Assembly: GCA_042218065.1 (NCBI GenBank)
Contig: JBDGRL010000005.1
Location: 338 to 64,337, forward strand
Reading direction: 5' to 3'
Source: Candidatus Magasanikiibacteriota bacterium
Lineage (GTDB): Bacteria > Patescibacteriota > Patescibacteriia > Magasanikbacterales > UBA922
DNA length: 64,000 bases
Positions 9,848-19,429 of this stretch are shown piece by piece; the first letter of the stretch is position 1, and every line of letters starts with the position of its first letter. A program made the position numbers and the translations under genes. The notes under the pieces were generated by a model. It had not been told where the DNA came from and searched no databases. It saw only the letters and a program-made list of their open reading frames with translations.

Positions 9848-9866
9848 AAATCCCTCCCGGCCCACA
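9848..9866 (+). repeat. Perfect 19-bp direct repeat of the tRNA-Tyr 3' end, AAATCCCTCCCGGCCCACA. The second copy lies about 150 bp downstream of the gene copy at 9678-9696.
   Basis: Exact match to the T-loop/T-stem/acceptor 3' strand of tRNA-Tyr. The intervening 9697-9847 is visibly G+C-richer than the flanks and contains a perfect 9-bp hairpin, GCGAGTGAA-tagt-TTCACTCGC. Confidence 0.7.
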
Positions 9867-9870
9867 TTTT

Positions 9871-9896
9871 AGCCACTGCTTAGTGGCTTTTTTGAT
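9871..9896 (+). terminator. Rho-independent terminator after the tRNA cluster and repeat.
   Basis: Hairpin AGCCACT-gctt-AGTGGCT followed by TTTTTTGATTTTT. Confidence 0.7.
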
Positions 9897-9947
9897 TTTT
9901 TATAGGGTTGTTGATAAAATAAAGGTGTAGATTTTTAACCTCATCTT

Positions 9948-11057
9948 ATGTTTAGGAAAATAAGCATATTTTTCTCTATATTTGCCGCAGTTTTGCTTAT
10001 TGGCGCCGGTTGTGCCAAGGTAGACGAGAATGACCAAAAACAAGCTGGAGGCGAACAAGAGGGACAAGTAAAAGTAGGAGTGATGGTGCCGCTTACCGGT
10101 GGTCCCGCTAGCTACGGAAAAAGTGTGAAAAAAGGAATTGAGTTAGCTCATAAACAACTAGATCAGGACATTGAGCTTGTTTTTGAGGACTCCAAGTGTA
10201 AAGGAAAAGCTTCTGCTTCAGCCGCAAAGAAGCTTATTAATGTAGATAAAGTAGATGCGATCATTGGAGAGCTTTGCTCTAGTGCAACGCTGGCAGCTGC
10301 ACCTATAGCTCAGCAAAATAAAGTTCCGATGATCAGCCCCGCTTCCACAGCTCCGGAAGTAACAGACCAAGGAGACTATATATTCAGAGTAATACCGGGT
10401 GACTCCAAGCAAGGCAAATTTGGAGCTAAATTAGTTGCTGAAGATGGTAATGAAAGACTAGCTGTACTGTATGTAAAAGATAATTATGGTACAGGTTTTA
10501 ATGAGGTATTAAAAAAAGAGTTTCCTAAGCAGGGCGGCGAGATTGTAGAATCTGTATCTTTCAAAAAAGGAAGCACAAGCCTACAGACACAACTGACTAA
10601 GATAAAAGCAGCCAACCCAGACTCAATCTTTATAATCAGCAACGCGCCGGACTCTACCGTAGCTGCACTGGAACAAATAGAAGAGCTCGGCATAGAGGCA
10701 GATCTATATGGCTCAGAAGGCCTAAAAGGTGGTGATACTCTAAAGGCGGGAGATGCGACTGAGGGCCTAAAGATCACTGCTGTAAGCGCAGGATCAGAAG
10801 AGTTTGTACAAGCCCACAAAGATGAGTATGATCAGTCCAACCCAGGTCCTTTTTCCGCTCAAGGCTACGACGCTTATCAGGCGATAGCCAAGGCAGTAGA
10901 AAAAGGGGCTATGACAGGCCCTGAGATTAAAGAGAAGTTGTTTACTCTGGATTTCAAAGGTGCTTCCGGTCGTATAAAGTTTGATGAAAACGGGGATGTG
11001 CCCGGCAATTTCAGAGTTTTAAAAATAGAGAATAGAGAGTTCAAGCCCGTAAAATAG
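9948..11057 (+). CDS. livK: Branched-chain amino-acid ABC transporter substrate-binding protein (LivK/LivJ family), probably a lipoprotein.
   Basis: Signal peptide ending in ...LLIGAGCAKV, then VGVMVPLTGGPASYGKSVKKGIELA, a type-1 periplasmic binding fold. It precedes the LivHMGF genes. Confidence 0.8.
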   Translation: MFRKISIFFSIFAAVLLIGAGCAKVDENDQKQAGGEQEGQVKVGVMVPLTGGPASYGKSVKKGIELAHKQLDQDIELVFEDSKCKGKASASAAKKLINVDKVDAIIGELCSSATLAAAPIAQQNKVPMISPASTAPEVTDQGDYIFRVIPGDSKQGKFGAKLVAEDGNERLAVLYVKDNYGTGFNEVLKKEFPKQGGEIVESVSFKKGSTSLQTQLTKIKAANPDSIFIISNAPDSTVAALEQIEELGIEADLYGSEGLKGGDTLKAGDATEGLKITAVSAGSEEFVQAHKDEYDQSNPGPFSAQGYDAYQAIAKAVEKGAMTGPEIKEKLFTLDFKGASGRIKFDENGDVPGNFRVLKIENREFKPVK

Positions 11058-11061
11058 TAGC

Positions 11062-11940
11062 ATGGTAATCTCTCAGCTGACTGCAAATGGTCTCATTGCA
11101 GGATCCATTATCTCTTTGGTAGCCGCCAGCTTTTCGCTAATTTACTCTACCAATAAGTTTCCTCACTTTTCTCATGGTGCGGTAGTGGCAGCTGGCGGCT
11201 ACTTGTTTTTCACTTTTGTAAATTTGATGGGTTTGTCTTTGGTCAGCTCAATATTACTGACTCTTATTTTTTCTGGAGTTATTGGCTTGGTTATTTATTT
11301 CGGGCTTTATAGGCAGTTGGAGCTGCAAGGTGCTTCTATGGTTATTTTATTGATTGCTAGCATAGCTTTAATGATATTGATAGAAAATTTACTTCTCTTA
11401 TTTTATGGTGCTGATGTAAAATCAATGGATTTGATTCCTGTAGGTACAGGCATGAATATTTTGGGGGCAAATATTACTCAATTGCAGGTAGGAATACTTA
11501 TAGTTTCTATTTTGTTGTTTGTCGGCTTGTTTTTGTTTGTACGATACAGTAAGTTAGGAAAGTTAATGCGAGCAGTGGCTGATAATCCCGAGTTAGCAAA
11601 AATATCTGGAGTTAATCCTGTGAAATTAAAAGCATATAGTTTTGTGATTGGCTCTTTCTTAGCTGGTGTAGCCGGGATTTTGATAGGATTGGAGCAGAAC
11701 CTAACCCCCACAATGGGTACAAACTTGATTATTAAAGGGTTTACAGGTGCGGTAATAGGAGGAATATCTTCTATACCTGGTGCTGTTTTGGGCAGTTATC
11801 TATTGGGTTTCGCTGAAAATTTCGGTATCTGGTATCTTCCTTCGGGTTATAAATCCGCTATAGCTTTCACCTTACTGCTTATCTTCTTACTATTTAAGCC
11901 AAAAGGTATATTAGGAATTAACAAAGGAGCAAAGAAATAA
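11062..11940 (+). CDS. livH: Branched-chain amino-acid ABC transporter permease (LivH-like).
   Basis: Polytopic membrane protein with Liv permease-like sequence; sits between the binding protein and livM. Confidence 0.8.
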   Translation: MVISQLTANGLIAGSIISLVAASFSLIYSTNKFPHFSHGAVVAAGGYLFFTFVNLMGLSLVSSILLTLIFSGVIGLVIYFGLYRQLELQGASMVILLIASIALMILIENLLLLFYGADVKSMDLIPVGTGMNILGANITQLQVGILIVSILLFVGLFLFVRYSKLGKLMRAVADNPELAKISGVNPVKLKAYSFVIGSFLAGVAGILIGLEQNLTPTMGTNLIIKGFTGAVIGGISSIPGAVLGSYLLGFAENFGIWYLPSGYKSAIAFTLLLIFLLFKPKGILGINKGAKK

Positions 11941-11941
11941 T

Positions 11942-12811
11942 ATGACCTCGGTACTTATTCACATCGCAATTTTAATATGTATTTACGCTATAGTTGCAGT
12001 AAGTTTAAATGTAACTTTGGGATATACCGGGATCATTAATTTGGGGCATATCGCGTTTTTCGGTGTGGGGGCTTATACTTCTGCAATTTTGACTGTTAAG
12101 TACGGCTTTTCTTTTTTGTCAGCTTTCTTATTGGCAGGGGTATTAGCAGGGATATCCGGTTTGGTTTTGCAAAAATTGATAAATAAACTAGAAGGTGATT
12201 ACTTAGCACTAGCCACTTTAGCCTTTGCTTTTATAGTGCATGCAGTATTTGTAAATTACAAGGAGTTGACTAATGGACCATTAGGCATTCCCGGTATACC
12301 GAAGCCAAATCTTTTTGGCTACAAGATAGTGGGTAATTCTATGTATTTACTGTTTGCATTTTTGGTAGCTGCAATATCTATTTATATTATGTATCGTTTA
12401 GTAAACTCTAGATATGGCAAGCTATTGGAGGGAGTTAGAGATGATATGCTGGGCTTGCAGGCTAGAGGAAAGGATGTGTATAAGCTTAGATATCAAAGTA
12501 TGGCGATCTCAGCTTTTTTTGCAGGAATTGCTGGCAGTGTTTTTGCTCATTACCTGAGTTATATTGATCCTACATCTTTCTTTATTGCAGATATTATTTT
12601 AGTTTTAAGTATAGTAATAGTTGGGGGGTTAGCTTCAGTTAGAGGTAGTGTAGTAGCGGCTGTTGTTTTAGTTATTCTTCCTGAAGCCTTGAGATTTGTA
12701 GATCTACCCTCAAGTGTAATTGGCCCAATGCGGCAAATCATTTATGCTCTCGTACTACTGGGGATTTTGTTATATAACCCCAAGGGTTTTTACGGTAAAG
12801 TAGAAATATAG
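11942..12811 (+). CDS. livM: Branched-chain amino-acid ABC transporter permease (LivM-like).
   Basis: Polytopic permease; its start lies 2 nt after the livH stop. Confidence 0.8.
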   Translation: MTSVLIHIAILICIYAIVAVSLNVTLGYTGIINLGHIAFFGVGAYTSAILTVKYGFSFLSAFLLAGVLAGISGLVLQKLINKLEGDYLALATLAFAFIVHAVFVNYKELTNGPLGIPGIPKPNLFGYKIVGNSMYLLFAFLVAAISIYIMYRLVNSRYGKLLEGVRDDMLGLQARGKDVYKLRYQSMAISAFFAGIAGSVFAHYLSYIDPTSFFIADIILVLSIVIVGGLASVRGSVVAAVVLVILPEALRFVDLPSSVIGPMRQIIYALVLLGILLYNPKGFYGKVEI

Positions 12812-12813
12812 CT

Positions 12814-13542
12814 ATGCTTACTTTAAATGAAGTTACAAAAAAGTTTGGCGGAGTAACAGCAGCGGATGAGGTTAGTTTTGAAGTTCAACCTAACAAAACT
12901 ACTGCTCTGATTGGCCCAAATGGTGCAGGTAAAACTACAGTTTTTAATATAATTGCAGGCTTAATTAAACCGGATAAAGGTACTATTTTATTTGAAGATG
13001 ATAATATACTTGATAAATCAGCTGATGAGAGGGTAAATATGGGTATTAGCAGGACTTTTCAGAAAGTTCGAGTGTTCGAGTACCTTACTATATTAGACCA
13101 TTTTCAAATGACGGAAGATCATGAAGATATGAAGATGTTTAAGAATATCTTCATCAGCTCACATCCCGATAGAGAAAAATATAATCAGACCTTAGATCAG
13201 TTCGGAATTGATGAAGACCTGGATACCAAAGTGAAGGATTTAAGCTATGGACAAAGAAAACTTTTGGAAATGGCGATAGCAGTACAGATGGATCATAAGC
13301 TGTTAATGCTAGATGAACCTGTAGCAGGTGTGAATAAAGTTATTCAAGAGCGGATAGAAGAGCTGTTGTTAGAGTTTAAACAAGACGGAGAGACTATGTT
13401 GGTAATAGATCATGATATGAATTTTGTTCGTAAGCTAGCTGATTATATTGTGGTTCTCGACTCAGGTGAGCTTTTAGTTGAGGGAGAACCTGAAGAAGTA
13501 TTAAATCACCCAAAGGTTTTAGAAGCTTATTTAGGAGAATAA
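12814..13542 (+). CDS. livG: ABC transporter ATP-binding protein (LivG-like).
   Basis: Walker A GPNGAGKTT, ABC signature LSYGQRK, Walker B LLMLDEP. Confidence 0.85.
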   Translation: MLTLNEVTKKFGGVTAADEVSFEVQPNKTTALIGPNGAGKTTVFNIIAGLIKPDKGTILFEDDNILDKSADERVNMGISRTFQKVRVFEYLTILDHFQMTEDHEDMKMFKNIFISSHPDREKYNQTLDQFGIDEDLDTKVKDLSYGQRKLLEMAIAVQMDHKLLMLDEPVAGVNKVIQERIEELLLEFKQDGETMLVIDHDMNFVRKLADYIVVLDSGELLVEGEPEEVLNHPKVLEAYLGE

Positions 13543-14264
13543 TGAGTAATATATTATCAATAAAACAATTGAATGCAGGCTATGGTGAGTTTGAAATATT
13601 AGAAGATATAGACTTAGAGTTAGAAAAGAACTCTATCTCTGTTTTGATGGGACCTAATGGAGCTGGTAAGTCTACTTTGCTTAAGTCTATTTTTAATCTC
13701 ACCGATGTTTATTGTGGAGAAATAAAGTTTCAAGGAAAAAGTATTACTGACAGTTCCGCTCATGAGCTCTTGGAACTTGGGGTATCTTTTGTGTCTCAGG
13801 GCAAGGTGAATTTTGATAAGCTAACAGTGGAGGAAAATTTATTTATGGGGGCGCATTTTTTGGAGGATGAAGAAAAAATTGAAGCTAGAAAGAAAGAGAT
13901 TTATGAACATTTTCCTATCTTAGAGGAGAAGAAAAATGAATATGCTTACAGTCTCTCTGGTGGGCAACAACAGATGTTGGCGATAGGGAGAGGGCTGATG
14001 AGCCATCCGAAACTACTACTTTTGGATGAGCCGACTTTGGGTTTAGCCCCCAAATTGGTACAAGAGGTTTTTGATCATATACAAAAAGTACGGGAAGAGT
14101 TTGATACTACTATTTTAGTAGTAGAGCACAATTTAAAGAGCTTGTTGGGTATAGCTGATTATGGATTTATTTTGGTTGATGGGGAGATGATTACTGAAGG
14201 TGAGTGTAGTGAGTTGAAGGATAGCGAGGTGATGGAGAAGGTCTTTGTAGGAGAGTTTGATTAA
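13542..14264 (+). CDS. livF: ABC transporter ATP-binding protein (LivF-like).
   Basis: Walker A GPNGAGKST, signature LSGGQQQ, Walker B LLLLDEP. Its start overlaps the livG stop. Confidence 0.85.
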   Translation: MSNILSIKQLNAGYGEFEILEDIDLELEKNSISVLMGPNGAGKSTLLKSIFNLTDVYCGEIKFQGKSITDSSAHELLELGVSFVSQGKVNFDKLTVEENLFMGAHFLEDEEKIEARKKEIYEHFPILEEKKNEYAYSLSGGQQQMLAIGRGLMSHPKLLLLDEPTLGLAPKLVQEVFDHIQKVREEFDTTILVVEHNLKSLLGIADYGFILVDGEMITEGECSELKDSEVMEKVFVGEFD

Positions 14265-14268
14265 AAAA

Positions 14269-14300
14269 GACCAAGTGTGGGTCAGATTCACACTTGGTCC
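14269..14300. terminator. Hairpin terminator between the convergent livF and ECF sigma genes.
   Basis: GACCAAGTGTG-ggtcagatt-CACACTTGGTC. An A-run on the plus side gives a U-tract for the minus-strand sigma-factor transcript. Confidence 0.65.
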
Positions 14301-14332
14301 ACCCCCCTTGTATTCCTCATTATCTTTTCATC

Positions 14333-14986
14333 TCATCTGTCTCGCTTTTTCTTTCGTGTCCTATTGGTTTCATCTTTTTCAAATGGTTCAGTGTCCTTGA
14401 TAATTCCTCTCTCATAAGCAGTTTCTGCCAGTTTTTGTCGTACCATTTTACGACCGCGGAAAATCCTGCTCATGACCGTTCCCATCGGACAATCGAGGAT
14501 GTATGCAATTTCTTTGTAGGAAAAATCATTCAGATCTGCGAGTAGCACCGCTTGTCGAAATTTTACAGGTAGTGACTTTAGTGAAGCCTTCATTTCTTCG
14601 CTGAAAGTCTTATCCAATACACCTTTTTCTGGACTACGGTGGTGAAAAGAATTTTCTCGGTCGAAGAAGTTTTTCTCGATCGATACATCTTCAGAAGTAA
14701 CCTCTCTTTCTCGTTTCTGTTTGCGGTGTTGGTTAATGAAAGTATTGCGCAGAATGGTGAACAACCATGCTTGGCAATTCGTTCCAATTTCGAATCGATC
14801 CCAGTTGTCGTAAGCCTTCACCAGAGTTTCTTGTACTAAATCTTCGGCACTCTTTTCATCTTTTGTGTATTGAATAGCCTTTGCATAAAGATCGTTCATG
14901 TGTGGTATAGCCTCTTCCGTGAAAGCACTGATCTTTGGATCATCGTCTGCAGCACCTTCATCTACTTTTGATCGAATCATATCCAT
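14333..14986 (-). CDS. RNA polymerase sigma-70 family, ECF subfamily sigma factor.
   Basis: Region 2 QETLVKAYDNWDRF...AWLFTILRNTFINQHRK and region 4 LADLNDFSYKEIAYILDCPMGTVMSRIFRGRKMV. The real start may be the internal Met (MNDLYAKA...). No anti-sigma gene is adjacent. Confidence 0.8.
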   Translation of the reverse strand: MDMIRSKVDEGAADDDPKISAFTEEAIPHMNDLYAKAIQYTKDEKSAEDLVQETLVKAYDNWDRFEIGTNCQAWLFTILRNTFINQHRKQKREREVTSEDVSIEKNFFDRENSFHHRSPEKGVLDKTFSEEMKASLKSLPVKFRQAVLLADLNDFSYKEIAYILDCPMGTVMSRIFRGRKMVRQKLAETAYERGIIKDTEPFEKDETNRTRKKKRDR

Positions 14987-15158
14987 TTGGGTCCCTCCTG
15001 CTTTTGATTAGAGAACAGAGCGAACTAGCTTATTACCTAAATTAAGAAAAAATATTGTACTTGTCAAATTTATAATTTCTGGATTTTCTTGATAGGATTA
15101 GTGGCGTATGTTTTTATTATAATTACCTTGAAGTTATAAGAATTTTAAAAAATTAGAA

Positions 15159-15518
15159 ATGCCACACATCGAATCTTATTCCTTTGGAGATATAAAAGTT
15201 GACGGACAAGAATACACTGATGATGTGATAATATCCTCTGATGAAGGTGTGATTGAGGATTATTGGTGGAGAGATGAGGGGCATCAGCTTCAGAACCAGG
15301 ATCTGGATCAGGTTTATAAGAGAAATCCTGATATTTTTTTAATGGGGATTGGTTATAATGGTAGGGTGGAGATACAAGACGAAGTAGAGAAGAAGATGCG
15401 ACAGGAAAATATAGAATTTAAGTATGAAAAAAGTACTCAGGCTGTAGATCTGTACAATAATCTTATACAAAGTAAACTAGATAAAGATATAATAGGAGGT
15501 TTTCACTTAACTTGCTGA
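15159..15518 (+). CDS. Mth938-like (DUF498) domain protein.
   Basis: FGDIKVDGQEYTDDVIISSDEGVIEDYWWRDEGHQLQNQDLDQV closely matches the Mth938 family pattern FG.I.IDGK.Y.HDVII.PD....WWR.EGH.L. Confidence 0.65.
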   Translation: MPHIESYSFGDIKVDGQEYTDDVIISSDEGVIEDYWWRDEGHQLQNQDLDQVYKRNPDIFLMGIGYNGRVEIQDEVEKKMRQENIEFKYEKSTQAVDLYNNLIQSKLDKDIIGGFHLTC

Positions 15519-15542
15519 TTTTAATCTAAATTTAAAACAAAA

Positions 15543-16376
15543 ATGCCGGAGCTGCCAGAAGTAGAGACAATACGTCGAGACTTAGAAGATAAAATTCTGA
15601 ATAAGAGGATAGATTCAGTTGAGATCAGAAAGGATAGTGCCATAAAAAAAGATAAAGAGCGATTTAAGAGTCATATTAAAGAGGACAGTTTCTCTGGTGT
15701 TGATAGACAAGGAAAACTATTGAACTTTAAGCTCAATAATTCCGAGTATGAAATTTTATCCCACTTGCGAATGACAGGAAAGTTGATATTTGATCCAAGT
15801 GGAGAAGAGGTGCTGGATTTTCCCGGCAAACATACAGGAGTTATTTTTAATTTTGAGGATAATTCAGAGCTTTATTTTGATGATGTTCGCACTTTTGGTT
15901 ACATGCAATTATTAAAACCTAAAAAGAAAAAAGAAATATTAGCGGAAAAATTAGGCATAGAACCGTTGACTGAGGGTTTCACTTTAGAGAACTTTAAAGA
16001 GGTTTTAAAAAGTAGAAGGACTAATGTTAAAAACATTTTAATGAAACAAAAAGCTATTGCTGGAATTGGTAATATTTATGCTGATGAGATTTGTCATGAA
16101 AGTGGTGTTAGACCAGACAGAAATATTCCAGAATTAAGTGAAAATGAGATAAAAAATATTTTTAACAAAAGTGAGCAGGTAATAAAACAGGCAATTCATG
16201 ATAGAGGTACAACTTTTAGAGATTATGTAGATTCTTCCGGTAAAAAAGGAAATTTTGCAAGAAAGCTGAAAGTTTATGGTAGAGAAGGAGAGCAATGCAA
16301 AGATTGCAATGAGGTAATTAAAAAGATAAAATTAAATGGAAGAGGTACTCATTTTTGTATTAATTGTCAAAAATAA
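15543..16376 (+). CDS. mutM: Formamidopyrimidine-DNA glycosylase (Fpg/Nei family).
   Basis: N-terminal MPELPEVETIRR with catalytic Pro2 and Glu3, and a C-terminal zinc finger CKDC...CINCQ. Confidence 0.85.
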   Translation: MPELPEVETIRRDLEDKILNKRIDSVEIRKDSAIKKDKERFKSHIKEDSFSGVDRQGKLLNFKLNNSEYEILSHLRMTGKLIFDPSGEEVLDFPGKHTGVIFNFEDNSELYFDDVRTFGYMQLLKPKKKKEILAEKLGIEPLTEGFTLENFKEVLKSRRTNVKNILMKQKAIAGIGNIYADEICHESGVRPDRNIPELSENEIKNIFNKSEQVIKQAIHDRGTTFRDYVDSSGKKGNFARKLKVYGREGEQCKDCNEVIKKIKLNGRGTHFCINCQK

Positions 16377-17449
16377 CCATGCCATTGAGTTTTTTGTCAC
16401 ACTATAGCCTTTTGGGTAACACGGCTTATGAGTATTTAATTGCCGGGTTGATATTTTTAGCTTCTTTAATAGTTTTGAAGGTATTTGAGAAAATTGTAGC
16501 GAATAGACTGAAAAAGATATCCAAGGACACGGATAATAATTTCGATGATGTTATAACCTCGGTTATAGGAAATGTCGGGTCTTTATTTTACTTAGTAGTA
16601 TCCTTTTTTGTAGCTTTTCAGTGGATTACAGCCACTAGTTTTATAGAAAAAATAGTTGAGGTAGTTTTTGCTGTGGTAGTAGCACGGGAGGCTATCAATG
16701 CCGTCAGTAGATTAGTGAATTTCTTGGCAGAAAAATATTTACAGTATGCAGATCAGGATGTAGAGAAGGAGCATGCAACTATAATGGTGGGTATGATTCG
16801 TAAAACCTTGGTGGTGGTGCTTTGGCTTATAGTTGGCACCTTTATTCTTTCTAATTTTGGTATAAATATTACGTCTTTGGTTACAGGCTTGGGTATCGGT
16901 GGTATAGCTATAGGAATAGCTTTGCAAAATGTTCTTGCAGATATTTTCTCCTCGGTTTCCATCTTTTTGGACAAGCCTTTTGTTGTGGGGGATTTCATAC
17001 AAGTGGGGGAGAATATGGGTACGGTAGAAAAGATAGGTATAAAGTCAACACGTATAGAAACTTTGCGAGGTGAACAATTGATTATACCGAACACTGAGTT
17101 GACCTCCAGCCGAATTCAAAACTATAGCAAAACAGAGAAGATACGAGACCAAATAACTGTGGGAGTTTCTTATGATACTAGCCAAGAAACTTTGAGAGAA
17201 ATTCCTCAAAAAATTCAAAATATTATTGAAGGCATGGATGAGGTGACTTTTGATAGATGTAGACTTAATAGCTATGGCGACTCCTCGATAAATTTCAAAG
17301 TAGTATATTTTGTAAACTCTATTAGTTTTGCTGATTTAGATCGAAAGAAAGAAGAGCTGAATTATGCCATTTATGATATGTTTGATAAAGAGGGTGTTGA
17401 GTTTCCTTTCCCTACTAGGACTGTACATTTGAAAAAAGAGTCTGAATAG
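16364..17449 (+). CDS. mscS: Small-conductance mechanosensitive channel (MscS family).
   Basis: GIGGIAIGIALQNVLADIFSSVSIFLDKPFVVGDFIQVGENMGTVEKIGIKSTRIETLRGEQLIIPN is the MscS pore helix plus beta domain. Confidence 0.8.
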   Translation: MSKITMPLSFLSHYSLLGNTAYEYLIAGLIFLASLIVLKVFEKIVANRLKKISKDTDNNFDDVITSVIGNVGSLFYLVVSFFVAFQWITATSFIEKIVEVVFAVVVAREAINAVSRLVNFLAEKYLQYADQDVEKEHATIMVGMIRKTLVVVLWLIVGTFILSNFGINITSLVTGLGIGGIAIGIALQNVLADIFSSVSIFLDKPFVVGDFIQVGENMGTVEKIGIKSTRIETLRGEQLIIPNTELTSSRIQNYSKTEKIRDQITVGVSYDTSQETLREIPQKIQNIIEGMDEVTFDRCRLNSYGDSSINFKVVYFVNSISFADLDRKKEELNYAIYDMFDKEGVEFPFPTRTVHLKKESE

Positions 17450-17471
17450 TATATAATAAGGTTCGATTTAA

Positions 17472-17543
17472 GCCGCTTTAGCTCAGTGGTAGAGCGCATC
17501 CATGGTAAGGATGAGGTCACGGGTTCGATTCCCGTAAGCGGCT
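17472..17543 (+). tRNA. tRNA-Thr (anticodon GGT).
   Basis: Acceptor GCCGCTT/AAGCGGC, anticodon stem CATCC/GGATG with loop ATGGTAA, T-arm ACGGG-TTCGATT-CCCGT. Confidence 0.8.
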
Positions 17544-17568
17544 CTTTTTCTTTTTTGCAAAATGCAAT

Positions 17569-18747
17569 ATGAGTAAAAAACTAGATTTTCCGCAAAATTT
17601 TCTATGGGGTTCTGCAACTTCTGCGTATCAAGTAGAAGGCGGTATTGAAAATGCAGATTGGTCTAAGTTTAAATCTGCTGGAAAAGCTTGTGACCATTAC
17701 AATAAGTTTAAAGAAGATTTTGATATTGCAGCAGATAAGCTAAATCAAAATGCACATCGCTTATCTGTTAAATGGTCTAGAGTAGAACCTGAAAAAAATA
17801 ATTTTAATCAAGAAGCTATAGACCACTATCGGGAAGTTTTAGGGTATCTGAAGGAAAAGGATATGAAAACTATGGTTACTTTACATCACTTCACGAATCC
17901 TGTGTGGTTAGCTGAATCTGGAGGATGGGAATTGGATGAAGCCCCCTTTTATTTTGCTCGTCTTTCTAAGAGAGTTGTTAGAGAATTAAACCCATTAGTG
18001 GATTTTTGGTGTACCATAAATGAGCCTACTTTATATGCTAATTTATCTTATCGTACAGGGGAATGGCCACCTCAAAAAGAAAGTAATATCTCTTTTCTAA
18101 AAGTTCTTAAAAACCAGATACAAGCCCACAAACAAACTTTTGAAGAAATACACGAAATTGATAAAGAAGCAAAAGTTGGAATAGTAAAAAACAATCAGTA
18201 CTATACACCATTTTCTAACTCTTTACTTGATCAGCTTACAGTAGGGGTAAACTCCTATTTAAGAAATAATCTATTTTTGGATCTTATTAGAAACAAACTA
18301 GATTTTATTGGTTTGAATTATTATTTTCATAATAGGATTCAGTTTCCCTATAAACTTAAAAATAAAAATGAGGTCACTTCTGATTTAGGATGGGAGGTTT
18401 ATCCGGAAGGTATTTACTATGCCCTAAAAAACCTTAAGAAATATGAGCTACCTATTTATATAACTGAAAATGGGCTAGCCGATAAAGAGGATGAGCTTAG
18501 AAAACAGTTTATTAAAAAACACTTGTATTGGGTTCATAAGGCTATTTCAGAGGGGGTAGATATAAGAGGGTATTTTCATTGGTCATTGTTAGATAATTTC
18601 GAGTGGGCTGAAGGGTTTGAACCTAGGTTTGGCTTAGTTGAAGTAGATTATGAAAACCAGGAACGGGTAATTAGAGATTCTGCTGAATATTATGCTGATG
18701 TAGCGGATAGCAATAGTTTACATATCCCTGGCAATTGGTCTAATTAG
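17569..18747 (+). CDS. Glycoside hydrolase family 1 (beta-glucosidase-like), compact at 392 aa.
   Basis: FLWGSATSAYQVEGG N-terminal signature, acid/base TINEP, nucleophile YITENG. Confidence 0.8.
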   Translation: MSKKLDFPQNFLWGSATSAYQVEGGIENADWSKFKSAGKACDHYNKFKEDFDIAADKLNQNAHRLSVKWSRVEPEKNNFNQEAIDHYREVLGYLKEKDMKTMVTLHHFTNPVWLAESGGWELDEAPFYFARLSKRVVRELNPLVDFWCTINEPTLYANLSYRTGEWPPQKESNISFLKVLKNQIQAHKQTFEEIHEIDKEAKVGIVKNNQYYTPFSNSLLDQLTVGVNSYLRNNLFLDLIRNKLDFIGLNYYFHNRIQFPYKLKNKNEVTSDLGWEVYPEGIYYALKNLKKYELPIYITENGLADKEDELRKQFIKKHLYWVHKAISEGVDIRGYFHWSLLDNFEWAEGFEPRFGLVEVDYENQERVIRDSAEYYADVADSNSLHIPGNWSN

Positions 18748-18866
18748 TTAATTTATTTAAAAATTAAAAAATTAGTTTTGGTGTAGGCGATAAATTCCAG
18801 TAAAGTGAGCCGTATTTTTTATAGTTTTCCTAAACTAATCAAGTTTTATATAATGGCTAAACTTGA

Positions 18867-19310
18867 CAATTTTTAACCATAAGTAAAGCCACTATCAAAA
18901 TCAGTATTCAACAACTTATTCGGAAAAATTATCGAGAAATTCCTTTTAAAAAAGAAAATGCCTTAGATTATTTTGAGTCTTATTTTGCAGATCAAGCTTC
19001 TGCTATTATTGGCATTGAGGGGGCGAGTGCGAGTGGTAAGACTACATTTACTCAACAATTACAGAATATTTTACCTGATAAAACCTCAGTTGAGCTACCG
19101 CTTGACGACTACTTGGATATGACCCAAAAAGAAATGGAAGAGAGGGGTATTAAAACCAGATATGACTGGCGAACTAGAAATAGGGAGAAATTCTTGTCAG
19201 ATGTTAAGTCATTATGTTCAGGTCACTCAATACAAAAACCCAAGCAGGATTTTGACTTAGAACAACCTTCAGGCAAAACAGAAAAAGTTGAACCAAAATC
19301 TTTATTATAA
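18867..19310 (+). pseudogene. Uridine kinase / PRK-family P-loop kinase remnant. No ATG start is present, and the frame is truncated after the TVEPK region.
   Basis: The frame is open from 18867 and encodes ...IIGIEGASASGKTTFTQQL (the Udk P-loop) through ...KVEPKSLL*. It ends where the Udk VIILEGILLL segment would begin. The only tracked ORF, 19113-19310, starts with TTG. Confidence 0.4.
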
Positions 19311-19429
19311 ATGTGATTAATTTTCTGGTTATAAAAGTTCTTTCTAGGTTGGTTTATAATGTTTCTTTTGTTATAAAATAATTGCTCTTTTCGTTTCACA
19401 CACTCGACTCCAAGCACAGGAGGGTGAGA

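Noticed and set aside
14294-14545. 83-aa plus-strand ORF after livF.
   Set aside because: It starts inside the terminator hairpin and runs antisense through the C-terminal half of the ECF sigma factor gene.
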